Shown here: one piece after another, positions 27,191 through 38,850 of the stretch
How the letters are laid out: each line of letters opens with the position of its first letter
How positions within the stretch are numbered: the stretch's first letter is position 1
Source: Tubulanus polymorphus
Lineage: Eukaryota > Animalia > Nemertea
NCBI RefSeq assembly: GCF_964204645.1
Contig: NC_134032.1
Span: 13,690,275 to 13,754,274 of the forward strand
Length of the DNA: 64,000 nt
Direction: 5' to 3'
Notes under the pieces: generated by a model
Told to the model about the DNA's origin: nothing
Database searches by the model: none
What the model saw: only the letters and a program-made list of their open reading frames with translations
Translations under genes and position numbers: made by a program

Positions 27191-28289
27191 GTCGTAGCGG
27201 AGTTATCCTTCTTGTGAATTTTTTGAAGTCCACAGAGATAAGGAAGCGACGGTAACCGTTTTTGAAACATCGTAATCTTTGTAATTCGCAATAATGTCCG
27301 AAAGTCCTTTATTGAATTTGCTTTGCATAATTTCTGAGTTATTAGTATACGTCTTGGTTACTGAGGAGATCTCGTATTTTAGAATCATATGATTCAATAT
27401 CCATAAGCACATTGCGGTTTCAAAATAATAAATTCTATCATATAGAATTAGAATTGTGGGATTTCTTCAATTATTAAGTTATCCACTTTTTACAGATTCT
27501 ACAATTTGAACTGTAGCCAAAGATCTCCATTTCCAAAATAGGATCGTTTCCAAAACAGGTAAACCTGCTTAACTGAAAGCAATCATATCAAAACAATCAA
27601 AACGATTTTGATACTTCATTTCCCTTTCTGTCTTCAAGATGCGGAAAGAGTTTATACATCCAACAAAAGATGCGCCAATGAGTTTGATCTTGATTGTCGA
27701 ATCGCGTTAAGACTATTCAAAGCAATAGTATTTCGACCTATTGCATACTTTGGAAATATGGCCCAGTTGATATCAAACTCTGGGAAAACCTGGGTCTCAA
27801 AATCCTTGGTATTAGTATAACATGCTAACTTGGTATTAGCGGCATTTACTATCTGTATTTCAAAAGGTTGTTCGTAACTTTTTGTGGCCAACCTTCCTTT
27901 TCAAAATTTGTGGCTTAAACTTTAAAAGCTATGAGTCCTTCTTGAAAGTATTGAGAGCAGATCCAGATACGTGCTGTACCAGTCATCATACTATATCGAA
28001 ATGGTTGATGCTGGTACTAAACTATTTGAAATGACAATTTATGGCAACGTCTGACTTTCAAAAACATTGCCACAGTAAGGTTCCATGCGTTAGATAGCAT
28101 TTCAAATTGCTATAGCATTTACACGTTCACTAATTAAAGAGCAAAATAGTATGAAATGATTAGATTTTCTGCGTTATTTTATTTTCATCTCTTTCATTTT
28201 TCGGTGATAGCAAAATCTATGATTTTCTCATTGCGTAATTTCTTTTTTGATCAGATATCTGAGTTCGGTCCATTCAAGTTCAACACGTT

Positions 28290-28900
28290 CTACCCTGCCC
28301 CATTTCACCTGGTCCTACAATGTCCTACCACCACTTACACTGCCTATTACCATACACCTATCAAACATTGTACTAGCATACCCTTCCAAGAACTACACCC
28401 ATCCCAAACCCAACCACACGACCCTACCCCACCCAGAGACCTTACCCTATCGCATCCTCTCCTACTCTATCCTATCACCATACCCCACCTCACCCTCCTA
28501 TCCGAACCCTACCACCGTCACTTCTGTACTGCCTTAACACCAGCCTTTCTATCTCTTATCACAGACCTACCGAACTACACTACCCTATCCTACCACATAC
28601 ACCACGCACCCCGTTATCAGTTCTACCAAACTCACCATCCAACCCAACCACACCAACGCACCCTGCACCATCCAACACTCGACCTAACCTTATCACATTG
28701 TCCTATATATCTTACCCTACGTGTGAACTACCTCTGTACCCTTCCCCATTCCAAACCAAAACCTACCTCTCCTAATCTATACTACATTCAGAGAGGTAGA
28801 AATGCTATGATGTCGCGGTTAAACGGATGGGAGTGATTATCAATACTAATGAAGATGAGAGAACAAACATTCTTCCAAATGAGGAGGAATAAGTGAACAA
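28290..28900 (+). repeat. Dispersed repeat (CTACCC-rich), copy 2
   Basis: Diverged inverted copy of 18258-18990. It accounts for the spurious His/Pro/Thr-rich ORF 28156-28836. Confidence 0.8.
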
Positions 28901-31309
28901 ATGACTGTGAAGGCAATCAGTGTGACATGTACATCAACAATGAGTGTGAAACTTCTACACGTAAAATCTTACACAAATCAGACTGCATTGAAAACCTTTA
29001 CAGCTCCTAGTGATAAATATAACTCTACTTATCTTTTTTTGAGCGATTCATTTTCTGTTGCTTCTTTTTGCTCCTTTTTTGCTCCTCTGTCGCTCCTGTA
29101 CTGCTCTTGTTGCTCCTATGTTGCTGAAAATGTTTGAATGAATTAATTGGCTTGAATGGCATCATTGGCAAAAACAAATTAGTTTGTGAATCTATTATAC
29201 TGCGCATTAACGAAAGCTATGAAGCGATCTCTATCGTTTACCGAAAAATTTTACAAAAAAACGATGTATAAAAGACTATCGAAATAGAAATTACTGAATT
29301 ATATAAACCACTGTTTGGGGATGTCAGGAGCTCCTGGTGGTATCATCTCGCGGTGGAACTAAATCCCGGACCTCTGTAAAGGTTGCCAATATTTTCTCCA
29401 GTCATAATCTTGGGAAAATCCTCACGCTCTGAAAAATCTTGACAGTTGCCGGTTCTGTATTTTTAGCTAAGGGGTGAGAAACTTATCTTTGAACTTACTT
29501 ATCTTTAAACTTTTGATGCTGCTTGGATCCCATGTTCCCATGTTGATACCATATTTTACTAATTTCGTGCTGCTGTTGCTGTTGCTGCTCCAAAGTCGAC
29601 AGATGCTGCTCCTATTGACAGACCACTTGCAGATCCTGTTACACATGATGAATACCCTTAGTGAAACGATACCAGAAAACTCAATTAATTATTTCGATTT
29701 TCTGTAATGGTTGAAAGATCTTAATTCATTCTGATATGAAATGAATACTCACCAAACCATTCAGATTAAATGAAGATGCTGTTTTAATGTTAACTATTCA
29801 ATCGATTTTGTTTCCAGTGGCTATCAATCTGAAATAGAGATACAAATTATTCTAAAAAAAGAAATCTTCACACTTAGAACTAACGGCAATGAAGACAATG
29901 AATACTTACTGTTATAACCTAAAAGTTTTTCGAAAATACCTTTCAGACTTGTCGAGACATCTATCAGTAGGGCGTTTTTGGTATCTGAAAACGAAAATTA
30001 AAGATTTTAAGATTTCCAAACGAAAATGTCAATTATCAGAATGAAATCAATTGAACTTAATGAGCAATTAAACTAGGCCAGAAATACAAGATTTGAAAAC
30101 AAAATTCATTTCAGTTTTTCAGGAATGGTACTTTACACCTCCAACAAAATCTTACTACAAAATCATTAATTGTCACTTAAAATGAAAAAAAATTCACGAA
30201 GACACTGTTTTTAATACATTTCATATTCGTTGTATCTTAATTATATCTAAAACTTACCAGATATGTTAAGATTTTCTGACTTGGCTTTTGGCGGGTAATT
30301 ATTTCTCACTACAGACTCTTCGCTGTTGTACGTGCGTTATACGTGGTGGCTGGTCGTCGAATGAAGCGGTGCGCTCTAACCATGCGTTACGATAAATCCG
30401 CTGTTGGCACAATACAATTTGGGCCGCGGCTATTGTGCGGAAAGTCGATCAAATCGTGACCCAAAATGGACACAATGATCGGACCGAAGGAGTGCCAAAC
30501 TGTTCGAATTCTATTGGCAAACTATCTGTTTCATTATTTTATGCTACGGACGGATTTGATAAACCAGCTTCAGCCGGTTCAGAACTCGGCTGCAAGACTG
30601 AATAAAGAGGCAGAAATAAATATATTCACATCACTCTTTTTTCTAATAACTATATGTATTCTAGATTTTATGATATTGCATAAATAAGGCCTTATTAAAT
30701 TGTGGTCGTTTTACATAAAACAATGTAATTAGTTACTTTATGCAACGGCACGAAAATTGACGGCCATCCTCGGATCAAGGTCTCCTTAATGCCAAATGTT
30801 ATCGTACAAAAATATATGATGGTTTCTATATTTGCCTCTGTTTTGTCAGTGAAATAGTGTTCTCAGTTTTATTTGGTGGCTGTGGTAGTGTTTTCAAAAC
30901 TCATTTCTATAAAAGACAAAACTGTATGTTGCCGTGTGTGTGAATAGTCAAGTTTTTCAAATGCTGCAGGGCCGAGACCCCGGCGGGATAATCGGATGGG
31001 AATGGGATAATCGGAATTTCTTAGGTTCATCCTGGGACTTAGGTCTCATGGGTCCGTTTCCACGTAAGGAAATTAGAATTCTAAATTGTTTTTGTTTGTT
31101 TGAGTGAGGATTACTAATTACTCGGCAGCCGTAGAACCTAAAGTCCAAACTACGTGATTTATTGTTAACAATTTAGTCCGAAAAGCGCGATTTAGTGTAT
31201 AAGAATTCCCAGGGATACCGGAAGCGATCGAATTACGGTTGTTAGGGTAGTGCGTTTCGATTATTGCAATCAAGGATCAGATTCAGTTTTAGTCACAAAT
31301 TCGAGCGAA

Positions 31310-34300
31310 ATGTCGAGAACGTCATCAACTTTCCGCAAGCAGTCGCCTCTTAGGTCTTCCAAATCTGCACAGAAATCATTAGGAGGTCAGTAATTAGTCT
31401 AATCAACAGTTTTAACACACGTTTAAACCCCGTTTCTAAGGAGTACTTGACACAAAACGGGAACCTGCTCGGGCACCTGCTAGCTATACGATTTGACAGA
31501 TCGCGAGAATTCGGGTTAAAAATATTCGATAACTGTCGTTAGAATAGTGGTTGCGATCTGATAGAGCGATTAAAGCGATTAAAATGCCAATAACCAGAGA
31601 GATTTCGCAACCAATCGGGGACAAGAGTCCCGATGTTTTGCAGTGGAAGGAGACTTTAAGGTCGCCTTCCCCGACACCGAAAATGGATCAAAAACTTCGT
31701 TCTTCATCGAGATCTGGTAAGAATTAATTCAAGCTGGCAAATCTTTCACCATCAATAGATTATCACTGCTGTATAAAAAACAATAGTTAAAGAAATTATA
31801 ACAGATTTTGTCGCTATTATACTAACCATGTCACTTTTATAATACAGATAATAGTTTTGCCATCACAAATCTATTTTTCTAATAGATGTCGTAGGCCCTA
31901 TAATAGTAGATTTCTCTTAATTGTTGGGATCATCAGAGGGCCCACATCGATGGACAGGGGATAGCAATTAGGTTTTATTTAATAAAACACATTGCTTTCT
32001 ATTAAGATGCTCTGATGGGTGCATGGGTGTGTCCACTCACTCAAATGATCAGGTCTTTAACAATAAGTTGAAGAAATGGTGACTGACTAAAACTTCCGAG
32101 TTATCCTCATTTTCACTCCCCTCTTCCTCTAGCCTTTTCTCTGCCTCCTGGCCTGCACATTCAAGTTTTTCTCACTCCCTATGGGTCCAGTACCACAATT
32201 AGGCCCTATGGCTTAGTCCAAAAGAAGTCCACAAAGTTGGTCTTAATTGTAAGATTGGCTTAATACTAAGAATGCTCCGCTAATCCATAGCTGTTTGCTG
32301 GTCGTTAAATAGTGCTAGTTGCGTGATCAGTATTTGAGGTGCTGGTTTTCTATATGTGTTTATATTGAAGGTACATATTCCACTGATGTAGGTTTAAGAC
32401 GCAGCAACAGCTTTGGAAGTCTGAAACGCAGCAACAGCAACGGAAATCTGAGAAAATCGGCTGCTTCGTTCAACGGTAGCAGGTCAGTATCGAAAACTGT
32501 TCATCTTTAAATTGTTCCGCAATTAATTTCTTCAAAAATTTTGAAAATTTGTTCTTCTTCAAAGCTGCAGGATTTTCATAGATCAGGGAATTTCGGATTT
32601 ATTTAGCCTATTTTTCCTGCAGGAAATTCTGACTTTTCTTGAAAATCAGGGAATGCGAATATTTGGTGTCTCGTTATTCATGTGGGGAAACTCTTGATAA
32701 AAACAGCCCCTATCTCGTAATTCAATCGGGGAATTTTGGAATCCCTGATCTGTAAGAACCTTGCTTAACCTTTTTTATTCCAAAACCAAAATTTCAAAAA
32801 GAAAAACATCACTTTTTTAAATTTTGTATTATTTGTAGCGGTAAACTGAATAAGTCGATGGAGTTGTCGAACATCGAAGGGGAATACATCAAAAACCTTC
32901 AGAAACAAATCTATTTCCTCGAACTGGAATCAAACTATCTATATCCTTTTACCGATAAACGACTTCACAACTATCTCCACAACCTTACGAAATCTATAAA
33001 ACATCGAAAATATTCACAAGTTTGTTTCCTTGACCGAGAATATCTACGCGGGAACAAGCTCGTAAAGCGACCAGCATGCATCCGATAATGACATCGGAGG
33101 CAGAGAGAATGCTTAGTAAACTCAGAGTAAGTAAATCAACAAGACTTTCCGTGTATATAGAAACTATTCTTCATATGGAAATATTTTTCTGACCTTCCAA
33201 ATTATATACAAACTCTCAGTTATCAAATCATAAAAATTGTGTCCTGTCCAAAAGGATACATGTAATCAATAGCTCAATATTTATTGTACCTTAATGGTTT
33301 TTAGGCTAAAATAAAATGATATCTTGTTTCCTCTAATCGGCCGGTCATTTTGTAAACTGCAATAAAATCAGTTCATTTCCTATAACTGCCGGGTCTGTTA
33401 TCGTAAAGCTTGATCATGATTGAAAAAAAAGTAATGTACAGGTTATAAAGGTGGCCAGCAGTGTCAACTGTTAAGCCCAGCATAAATGAGAAACAAGGTA
33501 TCAATTTCCTTTAGCCTTACTTTGTCATCTTCACCCGTCAAGGGATTCGAACCCACTACGCTAAACCTGTTCGCCGAACCCCTTGACCTCACGAGTCGTT
33601 GGAGTCGTTACTAGCCGACCAGAATCCGGTTGTACCAATCACAGCGTTTGTAACAAACGATTTAAGGCTTCTATTGGGTTTCCCGTTAAATAGACCAATC
33701 AGCGAACGTTTTACTGAACAAGGAAGCATTTCGCAAATCGATATATGACGTCATGCGCAACAGCGCCAGTAATGAAATCACGCTTCGTTAGGCCAGGGGG
33801 CTGGTGGAAGCGAGTTCGGGAGTGATGCCGGTACCTGGCAAGCGAGGATGTACTTTCTGTGAAGAGCTGTGATGAAATTCATCTAGAACAGCGCTATGAG
33901 AAAATAATTTACTCTCACAGGGTCCCTACAACTACTTGAATCCTTGAAAACTCCTTGATTTTTGAATATACTTTTCAAGGTCCTTGAAAATCCTTTAATT
34001 TTGAGAAATATCCATAAACTCCTTGAAACTCCTTAAATTCTGGGAAAGTCCTATTGAAAATTTTCAAAAGGTCCTTTTCAGAAGACAGTGTATTCTATTA
34101 TTCTTCATTGTGTGACTTGTGAGTGAAAGTTGTTTCACTTTGAGATTTAAAACATTTAAACATGTAAAACCAAAACGGCATACACAACAACTGATCAAAA
34201 TTTGAGAAAAACATGGATTTTGTTTTTGAATTTTCGACTTTTTTTCCTTATATATGACCGCGAAAACCTCCTTGAATTTTGAAAATTACTCCTTGAAAAT

Positions 34301-34363
34301 TCCTTGAAAAGTCCTTGAATTCTGGATACCAGGAATTGTAGGAACCTTGTCTCATATATTATT

Positions 34364-34395
<32 letters not shown>

Positions 34396-37300
34396 GTAGA
34401 TTAAATGAAATATACTCATGTCGTATAATTGATTTATGTTCAGACAATGCAGACAGAGTTAGACGGGTTACACCTGGAGAATCAGCGCAAAGAATCGAAC
34501 CTCGATCAGCTCGGAACGGAGAAATACCGTCTGATGGACCGAATCAAAATCGACACGAGCACTTTCGCTAAAGAGCGCCGCCTATTGACCGAGGAGATCA
34601 TCCAATTGAAGAAAGATAATAACGCGTTGGAACGCGAACTATCGCAGAGAGACGCTCAGATCGGTTTGCAACGCGACGAGTTGGAGAAAAACTCGACCGC
34701 GATTCGAGCCTCGGACGAGAGAGTTACTCTACTCCGTAACCAGGTAACAGGCAATAATCATTACTCTACTCCGTAACCAGGTAACAGGCAATAATCAATC
34801 GATGTTACAATGAATCAATTAGCTGTTGATCTGTAGGTTAATTAATTACCCATCAATTAGTCTGTAAATGAAAATCAATTGGATAGCTAATTACTCATCA
34901 ATGAGTGACTAAATGATAATCAATTGTGGATTGCTAATTACTCAATGTTAGTAAGGTGAATTGACCTTGCTTAAGTCGGACAATCTGGCGAAAGTGATCC
35001 AAGTTAAGTGAAAGTTTTGTTTAAGAAACGAAAGAAAAATGTCAGGAAGTCGGAAAATAATTTTGTTTTGTCTGAATAAGTCAAAAGTCAAAGTTGGCCA
35101 TATCTGAGTTAGGTGAGATTTACTGTATGTGAAATTATATTGTGAATGTCAATTATAATTGTGCATATTTATTCGTAGCTGGATCAAAGAATCGAACAAC
35201 ACAAAATGACGCAGTTAGCTTTAGAAGAGAAGAGAGCGGAATGTTTGAGAGTCGAAGCTCAACTGCGAGAAATAGAGGAGAAATACTACAGCAGTAGTTC
35301 AGCGTTAGCCGATAAAGCTACGAAAGATCTGAGGGTAAGCGATGAATCTCTTGTCCCACCCCATTAGAATTTCATACACACCGCTGCCAACCTCTGCATT
35401 CGGCAACGAATTGAATCGGTAACATTTGAATGAAATATGTTTGAATTATCAGAAATGAAAGTTATGATAACCATTGAAGAAACACTATTCCGTGTTGTAA
35501 CGATATAGTAGAGAATCCCACACTGATAAAACGAAAGCCTATAACCTAATAGTCATCTTGATGACAATGAGGTTATAGTCGAAACGTCAAATGAATAAAA
35601 ACACATCAGCTATATAGGAAACATTTTTCGGACTTCATCTTTCGTTTCATCAGTGTGGGATTCTCTACTATAGAAAGTTATGATCTTCGGTTACATATTT
35701 CTCATTTCCTACACATCAAACGTCTGAATCACATCAGTATTTTTTGGGACAAAATACTGAAAATCAGGAACAGTTGGCAGCTGCGCATACCCGGTACTCC
35801 CTCGGCAGTGCACTGGTCCACTAGGGCAGAGTTAGTCTCATGATGTCATCAGGTTCAAATCCCTGTGAGGAAGGATCTGTCTATGAAGGCAGAGTCTCAT
35901 GACGTCCCTATAAAGGAGGTTATATTGACTAGAACAGTCTCAATATGTCATCAGGTTTGAATCCCTGCTGAGGGAGGATGTGTCTACTAGGGGCAGCAGT
36001 TTGTACTGTGACAGAATCTCACGATGTCATCAGGTTTGAATCCCTGCTGAGGGAGGATGTGTCTACTAGGGGCAGTTTGTACTGTGACAGAATCTCACGA
36101 TGTCATCAGGTTTGAATCCCTGTTGAGGGAGGATGTGTCTACTAGGGGCAGCGGTTTGTACTGTGACAGAATCTCACGATGTCATCAGGTTTGAATCCCT
36201 GCTGAGGGAGGATGTGTCTACTAGGGGCAGTTTGTACTGTGACAGAATCTCACGATGTCATCAGGTTTGAATCCCTGCTGAGGAAGGATGTGCAGGGGTT
36301 TGTACTCGGGGCCTATTCTTGCGATGTCATCGGGTTAAAAATATCGAAATTCTAAATTGTCTAATTTTTCGACAGGACGAAATTCGAATGTTGCGACAGA
36401 AAATGAAGGAGACAGAAATGGCAGCCGATCAGGATCGGTATCTACGCACTAAACTGACCGATGACAGCAGCCATCTTGTACAAGAGAACGCTTTACTGAA
36501 TCAACAAGTTATCGAACTAACTCGAACTATCGATCGCGTAAGAATCTGGGAAAAACTTTTTTTCAAATCACAAAGTTAGGCGAAATCTCTTAATTTAAGA
36601 TTTGAGATGTCATTTATTTGACGAGATCGATGAAATTTGAATGATTTATTTCGATCTGATTCGATATTTTGTAGGAGCGTGATTTGAGAGAGAGTCAGGA
36701 GACTCGACGCAGCGCCGATTTCACCGAGTTATTGTCGGCTAAAGACGGTCAGAAACATTTACAACTGGAGATGAATCAAATGAGGGACGAGTTACAACGC
36801 GAACGAGAACTCAGTAAACACTACCGAGAACAGGTACGTAAGGTCGCGTGGAGCTCAAAACCTTTTATACCGACTAAAAGCTGCTACAGGGTCCCTATAG
36901 ATCGGTCATTCCTGGATATAAGGAGTCCCTACAGATCGGTCATTCCTGGATATAAGAAGTCCCTACAAATCGGTCATTCCTGGATATAAGGAGTCCCTAC
37001 AGATCGGTCATTCCTGGATATAAGAAGTCCCTACAGATCGGTCATTCCTGGATATAAGGAGTCCCTACAGATCGGTCATTCCTGGATATAAGGAGTCCCT
37101 ACAGATCGGTCATTCCTGGATATAAGGAGTCCCTACAGATCGGTCATTCCTGGATATAAGGAGTCCCTACAGATCGGTCATTCCTGGATATAAGGAGTCC
37201 CTACAGATCGGTCATTCCTGGATATAAGGAGTCCCTACAGATCGGTCATTCCTGGATATAAGGAGTTAACAAGCAGGGTCCCTATAGATCGGTCATTTCT

Positions 37301-38850
37301 GGATATAAGTTTTCAAAGAGAAAATTTCAAATCACTTTCATATCCCGATTACAGCAGACTCCTGAATCAGTACGGTTTATCTCGGTAGACTGATAATTCG
37401 GTGGTTTTGTAAGCAGATTTTTATCCTATACACTACTTGAATTCAGTTTCTAATTCGGTAACTGTCTGATTTGGTTTAAATGGATATACTCGATCTTCTA
37501 ATTCCCTATTTATATATCTTTCCAAATCACTTTCATATTCCTATTACTGTAGACTCCTCTCAGTAAACCATTAATTCAGTGGTTTTGTAAGCGGATTTTA
37601 TACACCCGACTTGAACTCATTCTGTTTCTTATTTGGTAACTGCCTGATTTGGTTCAAAAGAATAGACTCGTTCCTCAGCGTCTAATTCCTTATTTATATA
37701 TCTTGCGAAGTGCAGCTCTACAGAAAAATATTATCACACCTGCTTTGCAGCTATATTTATAACGATATCATTTTCTAGTTGGCGAAACAGGAACATTTAT
37801 CGACGTCGACCGAATTGAACGCATCGACGACTCGATCCCGTCTGAACGAAATCGAGGCTCTACATCAGAACGCTGAAACCGAGAATACTCAGCTACGCAG
37901 AGATAAAATGTTGTTGGTCGATCATGTTGCCGATTTACAAAAACAGGTACAGCGCCATCTATAGTCTATAAATGACATCCCCTACATTACCGGTACATCA
38001 TCCCTGTTCTTGTAAATGCATGACAGCGCCCTCTGTTGTCTGATGAATTTAATTCAGCACCCTCTGCTGTCCCCCAAATACAACATAACCCTGTATTTTC
38101 TTCTAAATGTGCTAAAGCGCCCTCTGTTGTCCCCCAAAATACAACAGATAACCTTGTATTTTCTTCTAAATGTGCTAAAGTGCCCTCTGCTGTCCCCCAA
38201 ATACAACATAACCCTGTATTTTCTTCTAAATGTGCTAAAGTGCCCTCTGTTGTCCCCTAAAATACAACAGATAACCATGTATTTTCTTCTAAATGTGCTA
38301 AAGTGCCCTCTGTTGTCCCCTAAATACAACATAACCCTGTATTTTCTTCTAAATGTGCTAAAGTGCCCTCTGTTGTCCCCTAAAATACAACAGATAACCT
38401 TGTATTTTCTTCTAAATGTGCTAAAGTGCCCTCTGTTGTCCCCCAAATACAACATAACCCTGTATTTTGTTCTAAATGTGCTAAAGTGCCCTCTGTTGTC
38501 CCCTAAAATACAACATAACCCTGTATTTTGTTCTAAATGTGCTAAAGTGCCCTCTGTTGTCCCCTAAAATACAACAGATAACCTTGTATTTGTTCTAAAT
38601 GTGCTAAAGCGCCCTCTGTTGTTGTTTTTTATAGATAAGAGATAAAGACGATGAAGTGTTGAAACTGAGAGCGATGTGCGGCACTGTCAGTCATCGGTTG
38701 GAAGATTTAGATCATCTCCAAACGCTCGATAACATCCGTCAATCACAGAAATGGGAGGAGTTTGAGAAATTAGCCGATACGATGAGATCATTGTCGCATT
38801 CGATGGCACTCGCGTCGAGTCCGAGACCAGCGAAATATGCAGAGTATTAA
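31310..38850 (+). CDS. Uncharacterised coiled-coil protein (~510 aa), 10 coding exons, one U12 AT-AC intron
   Basis: join(31310-31385,32371-32482,32839-32940,33048-33126,34444-34743,35179-35334,36376-36537,36675-36833,37779-37946,38635-38850). All phases match and the frame is open from MSRTSSTFRKQSPLRSSK through EGEYIKNLQKQIYFLELESNYL|REQARKATSMHP to RPAKYAEY*. The sequence is E/K/R/Q/L-rich and heptad-like. The exon 2 acceptor could instead be 32392. Confidence 0.9.
31584..31716 (+). CDS. Alternative first coding exon of the coiled-coil gene
   Basis: ATG at 31584 opens MPITREISQPIGDKSPDVLQWKETLRSPSPTPKMDQKLRSSSRS-G and ends at G|GTAAGA in phase 1, the same phase as exon 31310-31385. Confidence 0.6.
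32941..33047 (+). other. U12-type (minor spliceosome) AT-AC intron, 107 nt
   Basis: 5' site ATATCCTTTT, branch-point TTTCCTTGAC at 33025-33034, 3' site ...TCTAC at 33047. Removal joins CT|G (Leu) and keeps the frame. Confidence 0.93.
33526..33850. mobile_element. hAT-type non-autonomous element
   Basis: Ends CATCTTCACCCGTCAAG...CCTGGCAAGCGAGGATG, flanked by a near-identical 8-bp TSD (tactttgt/tactttct). Same TIR family as 52459-52555. Confidence 0.7.
33918..34349. mobile_element. hAT-like MITE with internal 'tccttgaa' repeats
   Basis: CAGGGTCCCTACA...TGTAGGAACCTTG termini with subterminal repeats at both ends. Confidence 0.65.
35504..35672. mobile_element. Small foldback MITE with ~34 bp TIRs
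   Basis: tatagtagagaatcccacactgataaaacgaaag ... ctttcgtttcatcagtgtgggattctctactata. Confidence 0.75.
35800..36335 (+). repeat. Intronic minisatellite, 75-80 bp x ~6, each unit with a Pol III B-box-like motif
   Basis: atgtcatcaggtttgaatccctgctgagggaggatgtgtctactaggggcag...gacagaatctcacg repeats near 35946, 36024, 36100, 36179 and 36254. Confidence 0.85.
36888..37308 (+). repeat. Intronic minisatellite, 34 bp x ~12
   Basis: Unit gtccctacagatcggtcattcctggatataagga. Confidence 0.95.
38056..38622 (+). repeat. Intronic minisatellite, alternating ~59/63 bp units x ~9
   Basis: Unit ttctaaatgtgctaaagtgccctctgttgtccc(c/t)aaa(a)tacaaca(ga)taacc(c/t)tgtattttc; it runs up to the last acceptor of the coiled-coil gene. 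Confidence 0.95.

Larger units (their letters stand above)
1..30330 (-). ncRNA. Putative very highly spliced lncRNA (or decayed repetitive-protein gene) whose 3' part is the macrosatellite
   Basis: Minus-strand exons with canonical sites: 5' exon ending 30258 (GTAAGT), 29910-29984, 29753-29828, ~29499-29636, 28973-29123, 18073-18147, 17875-17982, a large exon ending 15879 (53-bp array), then ~4 exons per repeat unit (e.g. 1682-1819, 1551-1613, 1277-1438, 1088-1180, 861-996). Exon 17875-17982 has stops in all three frames. Joining the upstream exons to the array is inference; the 5' end is approximate. Confidence 0.5.

Noticed and set aside
28156-28836. 226-aa His/Pro/Thr-rich ORF
   Set aside because: It lies in the C-rich strand of a dispersed repeat whose other copy (18258-18990) shows no corresponding long ORF in the track.
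35539-35600. Hammerhead-like fragment (long hairpin plus GAAACGTC and AATAAA)
   Set aside because: No correctly placed CUGANGA core and stem I; at best a captured pLTR fragment inside a MITE. The same applies to gggtcgaaaccgtc near 39241.
38016-38567. Repetitive ORFs of 183, 133 and 74 aa
   Set aside because: Translations of an intronic minisatellite inside the coiled-coil gene.
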